From NCBI GenBank assembly GCA_963748625.1, contig CAVVJT010000003.1:96001-160000 (forward strand): 64,000 nt of DNA. Direction: 5' to 3'. This DNA is from an uncultured Chloroflexia bacterium (GTDB lineage Bacteria > Chloroflexota > Limnocylindria > Limnocylindrales > CSP1-4). Below, piece after piece: positions 47,517-56,597 of this stretch. Both the position numbers and the translations under genes were made by a program. The notes under the pieces are model-generated. The model worked only from the letters and a program-made list of their open reading frames with translations. It searched no databases and was not told the DNA's origin. Within the stretch, counting starts at the first letter, position 1; each line of letters begins with the position of its first letter.

Positions 47517-49337
47517 CTACCCCGCAAGGGCCTCAGCGGCCTCGAACTGCAGCCGGTAGAGCCGCGCATACAGCCCGTCGCGGGCCAGCAGCTCCTCGTG
47601 CGGACCGGTCTCCACGAGCCAGCCGTCGTCGAGGACCGCGATCCTGCCGGCGGTCCGGATCGTCGAGAGCCTGTGCGCGACGATGATCGTGGTGCGCCCC
47701 ACCTGCAGCCGGTCGAGGGCGTCCTGGACCAGGCGCTCCGACTCGTTGTCCAGCGAGCTCGTCGCCTCGTCGAGCAGGAGGATCGGCGGATCCTTGAGGA
47801 TCGCCCGGGCGATGGCGATGCGCTGGCGCTGCCCGCCCGAGAGCCGTGATCCACGGTCGCCCACGACGGTGTCATACCCCTCCGGCTGGGCGCTGATGAA
47901 GTCGTGCGCGTTGGCGGCCCGCGCCGCCGCCTCGATCTCGTCCTGCGTGGCACCCAGGCGCCCGTACCGGATGTTGTCGCGGATCGTGCCGCCGAAGAGC
48001 GTCGCCTCCTGCGGCACCAGGCCGATCTGGCCACGCAGGCTCGCGGTGGTGACGTTCCGGATGTCGTGACCGTCGACGAGGATCCGCCCGTGCGTCGCAT
48101 CCCACAGCCTCGGCAGCAGGGCGACAAGCGTGGTCTTCCCCGAGCCGGACGGGCCCACGAGCGCGATCACCTCGCCCGGCGCGATGTCCAGGCTCACGTC
48201 GCGCAGGACGTCGCGGTCGGGCCGGTACTTGAAGGACACGTGCTCGAGCGTGATCCGGCCGGCCAGCGGGCCGAGCTCACGTGCGTCCGGCGCGTCCAGC
48301 ACCGTCGGCTCCGTGTCGAGGATCTCGAAGACGCGGGTCACAGCGCCCGTCCCCTCGCGGAACTGGCCGTACAGGCTCGCGATCGTCGCCAGGCTGCCGC
48401 CGATCGTGACCCCGTACAGCAGGAACCCGGTCAGGGTGCCGATCGCCAGCGTCCCGTCGATCACCTGGTGCCCCGTGTACCAGAGCAGCACGATGATCGC
48501 GCCGAAGCCCAGGAAGCCCATCACTCCGCCGAAGCCCGCGCGCCAGAGGGCGAGCCTCGACCCCTGGTCCACGACCCCCGCGAGGTCGGAGGCGTAGCGG
48601 TCCGTCTCGAACCCCTCGCGCACATAGCTCTTCACGACCCGGATCCCACCGAGGGCCTCCTCGGCCGTGACGGTGCTGTGGGCGATCGCGTCCTGGACCT
48701 GGGTGCTGACGCGCTGCAGCGGCCGGCCGAAGACGATCGCGACGGCGATCAGCGCGGGTGCCAGCAGGAGCGCGATCAGGAGCAGCGACGGGCTCAGGGT
48801 GAACAGGATGATCACCGAGCCCACCAGGCCGATCAGCGACGAGAGTAGCTGCGTCGTGGTCTGCGTGAGCATCGTGCGCACGAGGGTCACGTCGCTCGAG
48901 AGGCGCGACACGAGCTCGCCCAGCCGGGTGGCGCTGTGGAAGTCGAGCGACAGGGTCACCAGGCGCTCGAACAGCTCGGCGCGCAGCCGGGCGACGACAC
49001 GCTCGCCGACGACGCCCAGCATCCAGGTCTGGATGAACCCGCCGAGGGACTGCGCGAGGAACAGGACCACGAGGCCGGCCACGAGCCGGTCAAGGCCTGC
49101 CGCATCCCCGCCGGAGACGACCTCGCTCACCAGCCCCGCCACGACCAGCGGCACCAGCAGCGCGAGCCCGGACCCGATGACCAGCCCGACGAGCGCGAGC
49201 GAGAACCTCGGCAGCTCGGGGCGCAGGTAGGCGAAGAGGCGGCGCCACGGGACCCCGGTGACCGTGCGCACACGGCCGCGCACGCCTGCCGCCGGGATGG
49301 GCGTCACCGCGGGCAGATCGAGCTGCGGGTCCTCCAT
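47517..49337 (-). CDS. ABC exporter, fused permease/ATPase
   Basis: TM domain; GPSGSGKT, LSGGQRQR, LLLDEATS. Confidence 0.95.
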   Translation of the reverse strand: MEDPQLDLPAVTPIPAAGVRGRVRTVTGVPWRRLFAYLRPELPRFSLALVGLVIGSGLALLVPLVVAGLVSEVVSGGDAAGLDRLVAGLVVLFLAQSLGGFIQTWMLGVVGERVVARLRAELFERLVTLSLDFHSATRLGELVSRLSSDVTLVRTMLTQTTTQLLSSLIGLVGSVIILFTLSPSLLLIALLLAPALIAVAIVFGRPLQRVSTQVQDAIAHSTVTAEEALGGIRVVKSYVREGFETDRYASDLAGVVDQGSRLALWRAGFGGVMGFLGFGAIIVLLWYTGHQVIDGTLAIGTLTGFLLYGVTIGGSLATIASLYGQFREGTGAVTRVFEILDTEPTVLDAPDARELGPLAGRITLEHVSFKYRPDRDVLRDVSLDIAPGEVIALVGPSGSGKTTLVALLPRLWDATHGRILVDGHDIRNVTTASLRGQIGLVPQEATLFGGTIRDNIRYGRLGATQDEIEAAARAANAHDFISAQPEGYDTVVGDRGSRLSGGQRQRIAIARAILKDPPILLLDEATSSLDNESERLVQDALDRLQVGRTTIIVAHRLSTIRTAGRIAVLDDGWLVETGPHEELLARDGLYARLYRLQFEAAEALAG

Positions 49338-49472
49338 CGCCCGATGATGCCATGGGCGGCGCTCGCACCCGTCCGCCACCGCTTGCCGGGGGGTCCGGTG
49401 TCTGGGATGCTGCGCGCCACCCCCGGAGGGTGACGAGGCCGGCTGTCCAGACCGGCGCGAACGGAGAGACGC

Positions 49473-49883
49473 ATGACCGCCATCGATGCCGCAGGCGTTC
49501 CGATCCTCGCGGTCCTCAAGGAGAAGGATCGCGCCAGCGTGCTCGAGACCGCGCGCCAGCGGACGTGGGAGGCCGACGCCGTGGTGGTCCGCGAGGGCGA
49601 CAGCTCCCTCAACCTGTTCATCGTGCTCGACGGGTGCGCCCGCGTGGAGCGCGAGGGTGCCGGCAGGATCGGCGAGCTCCGGGCCGGGGACTTCTTCGGC
49701 GAGATCGGCCTGGTCGAGCAGCATGCCCGGATGGCGACGGTCATCGCGCAGGAGCGCCTCACCTGCCTCCTGCTGCCGGCATGGGAGTTCCGCACCCTGT
49801 TGCGCGAGCACCCGGAGATGGCGATCCCGATGCTCGAGGCGTTGATCCGGCGCGCGCACGACCGCGACGCGCACCAGCACTAG
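49473..49883 (+). CDS. stand-alone cyclic-nucleotide-binding domain protein
   Basis: VVREGD, GDFFGEIGL...RMATV; no HTH. Confidence 0.88.
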   Translation: MTAIDAAGVPILAVLKEKDRASVLETARQRTWEADAVVVREGDSSLNLFIVLDGCARVEREGAGRIGELRAGDFFGEIGLVEQHARMATVIAQERLTCLLLPAWEFRTLLREHPEMAIPMLEALIRRAHDRDAHQH

Positions 49884-49939
49884 GCCGGTCGGCTACGCTT
49901 GCGCTCCATCGCCTGCTTGCGTCCCCCAGGGAGGCCGAA

Positions 49940-51019
49940 ATGCCCGAGCCGCGCGTCCTGATCCTGGTCGGCACCCCCAAGGGCGCCTTCATCCTCGATG
50001 GCAAACCCGCCCGCGATGCCTGGCGTATCCGGGGGCCGCTGTGCGAGGGCTGGCCGGTCCACGACATCTCGGCGGACGCCGACGGCACGCTCTACGCCGC
50101 CGCCGGGAGCCCGTGGTTCGGGCCGGCCGTCTTCCGCTCGGACGACCTGGGCGCCACCTGGACGCACTCCAGCGAGGGACTGACCTACGGCGATGACGGC
50201 CCGCCCGTCAAGACCGTGTGGAGCGTCACGGCGGGCCTCGACGGGATCTACGCGGGCGTGGAGCCCGCCGGCCTCTTCCGCAGCACTGACCGCGGCGCCA
50301 CCTGGCAGCACGTGACCGGGCTGACCGAACACCCCAGCCGCCCCGAGTGGATGCCCGGTGCGGGTGGGCTCATCCTGCACACCATCGTCCCCCACCCGTC
50401 GGACCCCGCCCGGATGTGGGTGGGCATCAGCTCGGTCGGCGTGTTCGAGACGCGCGACGGCGGCGCCAGCTGGCACACCCGCAACACGGGCGTCCGCGCG
50501 GAGTTCAACCCGGAGAACCGCTTTCCCGAGTACGGCCTGTGCGTCCACAAGCTGGTCATCGCGGCGGACAGCGGCGAGCGCCTCTTCCAGCAGAACCACT
50601 GCGGCGTCTACCGCTCCGACGACGGGGGCGCCACCTGGCTGGACCTGACGCCCAACGGCCTGCCGGGCGACTTCGGCTTCGTGGCCGGCGCCCACCCCCG
50701 CAACCCCGACGCCTTCTGGATCATTCCGCTCACGGAGCCGGAAGGGGGCCGGATGATGCACGACGGTGCGGCGGCCGTCTGGCGGACGACCGATGCCGGC
50801 GCCACCTGGAGCCGTGAGGCCGCCGGTCTCCCGCAGGAGCACGCGTACGTGGGCGTCCTGCGCGAGGCGATGGCCGTGGACCGCCTCGACCCTGCCGGGG
50901 TCTACTTCGGCACCAGCACCGGCCAGCTCTACGCGTCCGCGGATGAGGGCGTCACCTGGCGCAGGATCTGGGACAACCTCCCGCCCATCTGGTCCGTGGA
51001 GGCGCTTGTCGTTGGCTGA
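49940..51019 (+). CDS. BNR/Asp-box beta-propeller protein
   Basis: Repeated SxDxGxTW motifs; GTPKG, QQNHCG, YFGTSTG. Confidence 0.88.
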   Translation: MPEPRVLILVGTPKGAFILDGKPARDAWRIRGPLCEGWPVHDISADADGTLYAAAGSPWFGPAVFRSDDLGATWTHSSEGLTYGDDGPPVKTVWSVTAGLDGIYAGVEPAGLFRSTDRGATWQHVTGLTEHPSRPEWMPGAGGLILHTIVPHPSDPARMWVGISSVGVFETRDGGASWHTRNTGVRAEFNPENRFPEYGLCVHKLVIAADSGERLFQQNHCGVYRSDDGGATWLDLTPNGLPGDFGFVAGAHPRNPDAFWIIPLTEPEGGRMMHDGAAAVWRTTDAGATWSREAAGLPQEHAYVGVLREAMAVDRLDPAGVYFGTSTGQLYASADEGVTWRRIWDNLPPIWSVEALVVG

Positions 51020-51300
51020 GCCCGACCCGGGGGCGCCCGCGGTCGTCCACGTGCCGCGCTCGCTGGTCGCGCTGTTCCCGGGCGCCGACCGGGTCATGCC
51101 CGTCGAGGGCCGCACCGTGCTCGAGGTCGTCCGCGCGCTCGATGCTCGCGTGCCCGGACTTCGCGAACCGGGTGCTGGACGCGGGTCCGGTGATCCGCAC
51201 CCACCTCAACGTCTTCGTCGCTGGTGACCGCGCCACGCTGGACACGCCGGTTCCGGCCGGTGCCGAGGTCTACATCGTCCCGGCGGTGTCCGGCGGCTGA
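51012..51300 (+). CDS. MoaD/ThiS family ubiquitin-like protein, one frameshift
   Basis: TVLEVVRALD...PGL, then shifted frame HLNVFV...IVPAVSGG-stop. Confidence 0.85.
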
Positions 51301-51971
51301 CGGCCGCCAAGCAGGTCCGCTGCGTCGTCCACGGAGGCCCGCTGGGCATCGGTCTGCAGGTGCCGCCGGTCGTGCGCGCTCGCGTGCGCGAAACCGTCGA
51401 GGCGATCGCGGATGTCACGCAGGCGGTCCAGCTGGCGGGCCTCCACGGGCAGCCACCACGCTGGTACCGGTCGCCGGTCCATAAGCGCCCCAAGGTGCTC
51501 CAGGCAGAATGGCGCGGCAGCCGTCGCCCCGGCCCACGCCGCGTCGGCGCACAGGGCGACCAGGCCTTCGACCTGGCCCGCATCGGAGACGCGCATGCGC
51601 TCGCAGGCGGGGCACGCGGGCTGGCGGACGGCATCCGACGCCTTGCGGGCACGTCCGCGGCCACCGGCGCTGTGGACCACCTCCAGCTCACGCAGGCGGA
51701 CCGCGAGAGTCGCGCGCAGCAGGATCGAGGCGCCAAGGCCCCCTGATCCCCGTCGCGCGTGCCCGAGGAGGCCCCGGCTGTGCGCGGCGCAGAAGCCCCG
51801 TGCGTCGTCCAGGCGGGTGCGGAAACCCACGTCGAGCACGCTCTCGGCCAGCACCGACTCCAGGTACGCGCGGTCCAGCCTGTCGCGCTCCCGGCACAAC
51901 GGGCAGCCGGGCCTGGCGAACGCGTCGGCGAGGTGGATGTCGGCGCCGGTGCGCACGGGCAGCTGGTGCAT
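51270..51971 (-). CDS. DUF6062-like Cys/His-rich protein
   Basis: Duplicated CPLC..FCAAH / CPAC..FCLEH pattern; start uncertain. Confidence 0.7.
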   Translation of the reverse strand: MHQLPVRTGADIHLADAFARPGCPLCRERDRLDRAYLESVLAESVLDVGFRTRLDDARGFCAAHSRGLLGHARRGSGGLGASILLRATLAVRLRELEVVHSAGGRGRARKASDAVRQPACPACERMRVSDAGQVEGLVALCADAAWAGATAAAPFCLEHLGALMDRRPVPAWWLPVEARQLDRLRDIRDRLDGFAHASAHDRRHLQTDAQRASVDDAADLLGGRQPPDTAGTM

Positions 51972-52126
51972 GGGCCAATGGTGGGGCCAGCGGACGCCGT
52001 GCGCCACCGGGTGGGTACCGGTGCGGTGCAGGACCTTCTGGTGATGCCCCACGAAGCGCTCAAGGATGACCATTGCCGTCCCGGTCACCCCTGCCCGGTC
52101 TCCAAGCGTTGCACAGAGGGCACACC

Positions 52127-54967
52127 TTGCACCGCGGCCTCATCGCCGTCCTGTCCGCGCTCCTGGTCCTGCTGGCCATTCCGGCCGCACCGGTTCGAGC
52201 TGCCTCGGACGCCAAGGTCGTGGTCATCGTGGGTCCCGTCGGCGGCAGCACCGCCCACTACAAGTCCGACGCGAATGACATCGTCGCCGAAGCCCGCAAG
52301 TACACGTCCAACGTGGTCAAGGTCTACACGCCCAATGCCACGTGGGCGAAGGTGAAGGCCGCGGCCCAGGGCGCCAACGTGCTCGTCTACCTCGGCCACG
52401 GCAACGGCTGGCCGAGTCCGTATGCGCCGTTCCAGACCAACACCAAGGACGGCTTCGGCCTCGACCCGTCCACCGGCGCCGACTCCACCAAGACCGTCTA
52501 CTACGGCGAGGAGTGGATCCGCTCCTCGATCCGCCTTGCTCCCAACGCCGTGGTCCTGCTCTTCCACCTCTGCTACGCCTCGGGCAACACGGAGCCCGGC
52601 AAGGCGGTGGGCTCCTTCGCTGATTCGCGCGAGCGGATCGACAACTACGGGGCCGGCTTCATCGGCGCAGGCGCCCGCGCCGTGTTCGCCGAAGGTCACC
52701 CGGAGCACCCGACGGCAAGCTACATCCGCCAGCTGTTCACCACCGACCGGACGATGGAGAAGGTGTTCCGGTCCGCTCCGACATTCCACGACAACGTCCT
52801 GGGTCCCTACCCCAGCCAGCGCACGCCCGGGCTCCGCTACCTCGCCGACCCGGACACCGACACACCGTCCGGCTTCTACCGATCGCTGATCGGTGACCTC
52901 GCCCTGACCGCGCGCAGCGTCACCGGCCCCACGCTCGAGAGCACCGGAACCCACCCTGCCGACATCGTCGTGCCCGGCGCGGCCGAGGTTCGCGCCGGTG
53001 GAGCGGGCGTGTTCACGAGTGCGGCAGCGGCTGCGGATCCGGCCGCCAAGCCCGCGTCGACCCTCGAGGCAGGCACGCGGCTCCGCGTGGGCGAGGAAGC
53101 TGAACCGGCAGCCGACGGCTCCCGCATCCTGGGGGTCAGCGTCCTTGGCGGCGGGGCAAGCGGCTTCGTGCGCGCCTCCGACGTCGCCCCGCGGGACAGC
53201 ACCCCGACCGTCGCGTGGAACGCGGACGCCTCCAACGGGATGCTCTCGCCCAACGCCGACGGCCTGTACGACGCGCTGGTGGTGACCACCCGGTTCTCCG
53301 AGTCGGTCGCGTCGTCCATGGTGGTCAGGAACGCGGCGGGCACCAGGATCAAGTCGATGGACGCCACCAACGACATCGCGCGGTTCGCCTGGAACCTGCT
53401 CGACGCGGACGACAAGGCCATCCCGGACGGGACCTACACCTGGACGGTCAAGGGCAAGGACACCTGGGGCAACAGCGGCGTCACCCGCACGGGAACGTTC
53501 GTCGTGGACTCCACGGCGCCCGTCTCCAAGGTGGCATCCGAGGCCACCGCCGGCGGCGACGGATGGCTCGTCTCCCCGGCCACCATGACCGTCACCGCCA
53601 CCGACAAGCTCTCCGGCGTCTCCTACATCGTCTGGCGCGTGGACGGCGGCACCGCGGCACGCTACGGGGACCCGGTTGCGTACGGCGGCAACGGCACGCA
53701 CACGTTCGAGTACCGCGCCGTGGACAAGGCGGGCATCAAGGAGGCATGGCGCTCGGTCGACCTCAAGATCGACACCCGGCCGCCCGCGATCGCCCTCCCG
53801 TTCAGCGGCAAGGCCGGCGACGTGGCCGACACCTGGCGCAGCGACATCACGATCGCCCCCGACGTGAGCGACGCCACCTCCGGCGTGGCCACCAAGAGCG
53901 TGGCGATCGACGGCGCGGCCGCCGAAGCCCTCGGCAAGAGCGTCGCGGTGAAGGGTGACGGGGACCACACGGTCACCGTGAAGGCGAAGGATGCCGCGGG
54001 CAACGTGCGCACGACCACCGTCGCGTTCCGTATCGACACCACCGTGCCCGTCATCGAGCTGCCCGAGGCCCAGGGCGAGGCTCCCGCCACCGTGCCCACC
54101 GTCAGCCCCAATGGCGACGGCGTCGCCGAGAGCATCACGCTCCCCTTCTCCGTGTCCGAGGCGGGCAAGGTCACCGCGGTCGTCACCAACGCCGCCGGCG
54201 CCTCCGTTCGCATCTTGAGCGCCGCCGTTGGCGAAGGTGCGGGGTCGCTGGCCTGGGATGGCCGGACCGCCACCGGGAAGGCCGTCGCGGACGGGCGCTA
54301 CACCGTCACGCTCACGCCGCGCGACGTGGCCGGCAACAACGGCGAGCCGGTGGTCACTGAGGCAGACGTCTACAGCGCCCTCTCCTCCATCGCTCGCACG
54401 CCGTCCCTGTTCTTCCCCCAGGACGAGGACACGCTGGCACGCAAGACGGCGGCCTCGTTCACGCTCCTTGCGCCCGCCACGGTGCGCACGCGCGTGCTCG
54501 ACGCCGCCGGCGCGGTCGTGCGGACCGGCCTCGTCGACGCCGCCCTTCCTGCCGGCCCCGCCAGCTGGGTCTGGAACGGCAAGCGCGACGACGGCACCTA
54601 CGTCCCGCGCGGCACCTACCGGATCGAGATCGCCGCCACGAACGGCGCGCAGGCGGCGTCGCTCTCCACGCCGGTGCGGGCGGACGCCTTCAAGATCACC
54701 ACGTCTGCCACCGCCGCGACCCGCGGCAGGAAGCTCACCCTCACTGCCGTCACAGCCGAGGCCCTCGGCGGCACGCCCAAACTCGTCGTGCGTCAGCCCG
54801 GCCTGGGCGCCTGGACAGTCTCGATGACGAAGTCCGGCGCCACCACGTGGACTGCCACGATCACGCTCAAGAAGGGCGGCACCGCTGGCTCGCTCGGGCT
54901 GCTCGTGAAGGCGGTTGACAGCAAGGGTGGCGCCAACAGCAGCAGGATCGCCCTGCCGCTCCGCTGA
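52127..54967 (+). CDS. large secreted protein: N-terminal alpha/beta domain plus FlgD/Ig-like domains
   Basis: Signal peptide ending PVRA; YLGHG and HLCYASG; SPNGDG, WDGR..G..V.DG.Y, DTTxP repeats. Confidence 0.85.
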   Translation: MHRGLIAVLSALLVLLAIPAAPVRAASDAKVVVIVGPVGGSTAHYKSDANDIVAEARKYTSNVVKVYTPNATWAKVKAAAQGANVLVYLGHGNGWPSPYAPFQTNTKDGFGLDPSTGADSTKTVYYGEEWIRSSIRLAPNAVVLLFHLCYASGNTEPGKAVGSFADSRERIDNYGAGFIGAGARAVFAEGHPEHPTASYIRQLFTTDRTMEKVFRSAPTFHDNVLGPYPSQRTPGLRYLADPDTDTPSGFYRSLIGDLALTARSVTGPTLESTGTHPADIVVPGAAEVRAGGAGVFTSAAAAADPAAKPASTLEAGTRLRVGEEAEPAADGSRILGVSVLGGGASGFVRASDVAPRDSTPTVAWNADASNGMLSPNADGLYDALVVTTRFSESVASSMVVRNAAGTRIKSMDATNDIARFAWNLLDADDKAIPDGTYTWTVKGKDTWGNSGVTRTGTFVVDSTAPVSKVASEATAGGDGWLVSPATMTVTATDKLSGVSYIVWRVDGGTAARYGDPVAYGGNGTHTFEYRAVDKAGIKEAWRSVDLKIDTRPPAIALPFSGKAGDVADTWRSDITIAPDVSDATSGVATKSVAIDGAAAEALGKSVAVKGDGDHTVTVKAKDAAGNVRTTTVAFRIDTTVPVIELPEAQGEAPATVPTVSPNGDGVAESITLPFSVSEAGKVTAVVTNAAGASVRILSAAVGEGAGSLAWDGRTATGKAVADGRYTVTLTPRDVAGNNGEPVVTEADVYSALSSIARTPSLFFPQDEDTLARKTAASFTLLAPATVRTRVLDAAGAVVRTGLVDAALPAGPASWVWNGKRDDGTYVPRGTYRIEIAATNGAQAASLSTPVRADAFKITTSATAATRGRKLTLTAVTAEALGGTPKLVVRQPGLGAWTVSMTKSGATTWTATITLKKGGTAGSLGLLVKAVDSKGGANSSRIALPLR

Positions 54968-55072
54968 TCCGGTGGATGCATCCCATCTCCTGGGCCGGCC
55001 CCCGCCCAGTTCCCGCGCAGGCCCTCGCCGCTGGCCTTAGCCGTACGCACGCCCGTCGCCAGTGCGCGCCGG

Positions 55073-55203
55073 GCGTGCGTACGGACGGGTGCCCTTCGAT
55101 TCCTGCGCGCCTGGGGCGCAGGAACGATGCTCCCCGGGCCCGGGAGGCGCGGACCTGCACGCTGGACGCGCAGGAGTGACGGGCCACGCTCCCGTACGCA
55201 CGC
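55073..55203. repeat. dispersed ~125-bp palindromic element, copy 2
   Basis: Perfect 12-bp terminal inverted repeats GCGTGCGTACGG/CCGTACGCACGC; extra end copy at 55041-55054. Confidence 0.8.
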
Positions 55204-55308
55204 TGGCCGCGCACCCGCGAGCCGGAGCCGGGGGCCGCATCCGGGGGCCGCGAGCCGGCAGCTGGGCCAGCACCGTCGCTCCCGCGCCACTGACACGAAT
55301 TTGGGGGC

Positions 55309-55336
55309 TTGCGGGGATGGCGCTGGTGTTGATAAT
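55309..55336 (+). promoter_or_regulatory. sigma70-type promoter
   Basis: TTGCGG-N16-GATAAT in a locally AT-richer patch. Confidence 0.5.
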
Positions 55337-55345
55337 GAGGGCATA

Positions 55346-55578
55346 GGAACCCTCCTCCCCCTCGGGGACGTCCCGGAGGAACCCGGTGATGGCGATGCGA
55401 ATGGCCTCGGGCCGACACCTGCAGCGGCGCAAGGATGTAGCGCGCCGACCTGTCGCAGGCGTTGATGCATCGTGCGGCTCCGCGAACTCCGCGACCCGGC
55501 CCCGGGCGGGCAATCTCTCGAGCGACACCAGGGCCGGCTGACGCCGGCGGTTGGGACGAGTTCCCGCCGCCATTCGCA
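55346..55578 (+). ncRNA. candidate structured non-coding RNA (6S-like size, family unassigned)
   Basis: 5' GGAACCCTCCTCCC pairs with GGGACGAGTTCC (55553-55564); nested helices; promoter upstream and hairpin downstream; no credible ORF. Confidence 0.45.
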
Positions 55579-55581
55579 CGA

Positions 55582-55605
55582 GGAGCCGGTTCTGCGCCCG
55601 GCTCC
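55582..55605 (+). terminator. hairpin, possible 3' end of the candidate RNA
   Basis: GGAGCCGG-N8-CCGGCTCC; no U-tract. Confidence 0.4.
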
Positions 55606-55680
55606 GGGCCATCATCAGCCGGGCCGTCGTCCGCAAGGACGACGGCCCAAGTGATTCTGGTGGGGGTAGACTCCCCCGCC

Positions 55681-56553
55681 ATGACCCTCCCGCCAGACCT
55701 TCCCAGCGATCACGACGCTGACCTCGTCCGCCCCGCCAGGCCTGACGAGGAGGCGGACACGACCGCATGGCACGCGGCCAATCGCGTCGCCTGGGACGAG
55801 GCCGCGGAGCGGTACGAAGGCTGGTTCGAGGAGGCGGTCGCCCTCATCCGGTCCGGCGGCTCCAACCTCTACCCGGTGGAGCAGGATCTCATCGGCGACC
55901 TCCACGGCGTCTGCCGCCGGGCGATCCACCTCCAGTGCGCCGGCGGACGGGACACGCTCTCGCTGTGGAACCTTGGCGCGGACGAGGTCGTGGGCGTGGA
56001 CTTCAGCCCCCGGATGCTCGATCTCGCGCGGCGGCTCACCGAAGCCACCGGTGCACCCGCGACCTGGGTGGAGTCGGACGTGCTCGACGTCCCCCACGAG
56101 CTCGACGGGACCGCGGACCTGCTCTACACGGGCCGCGGATCGATCATCTGGCTCGCGGACCTTGACCGCTGGGCGGCGGTGCTGCAGCGCCTGCTCGCGC
56201 CGGAGGGGCGGCTGGTCATCTTCGAGGGGCACCCTGCCGAATGGCTGTTCGACGGGGACGGCGAGGGCGGCTGGATCCTCACCGACTACGACTACTTCGG
56301 TGGCGCCGAGGCCTCGCGGGGCTGGGCCACGGAGTACATCGACCACCTCTCCATTCCCGACGAGGAGCAGGCCCTCAAGTACGCACGGGCCTGGACGCTG
56401 GGCGAGATCATCACCGCCCTGCTGGGCGCCGGCCTGTGCCTGGAGCGCGTGACCGAGCACCCGGTGGACTGGTGGGCGGGCCATCGCGACGTGCGCGCCG
56501 ATCAGCGCGGGCGCGTGCCGCTGTCGTTCTCGGTGGTCGCCCGCAAGGGCTGA
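55681..56553 (+). CDS. class I SAM-dependent methyltransferase
   Basis: HLQCAGGRDTLSL, VGVDFS, DLLYTG, WTLGEII; TAGACT 8 nt before ATG. Confidence 0.88.
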   Translation: MTLPPDLPSDHDADLVRPARPDEEADTTAWHAANRVAWDEAAERYEGWFEEAVALIRSGGSNLYPVEQDLIGDLHGVCRRAIHLQCAGGRDTLSLWNLGADEVVGVDFSPRMLDLARRLTEATGAPATWVESDVLDVPHELDGTADLLYTGRGSIIWLADLDRWAAVLQRLLAPEGRLVIFEGHPAEWLFDGDGEGGWILTDYDYFGGAEASRGWATEYIDHLSIPDEEQALKYARAWTLGEIITALLGAGLCLERVTEHPVDWWAGHRDVRADQRGRVPLSFSVVARKG

Positions 56554-56597
56554 GGCTGGCCGCGCGAGGCAACCGGGCCCGCATTGGCGCGCGGAGG

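Noticed and set aside
55376-55392. Cobalamin riboswitch (GGAACCCGGTGA)
   Set aside because: The following conserved elements and the B12 box are not present
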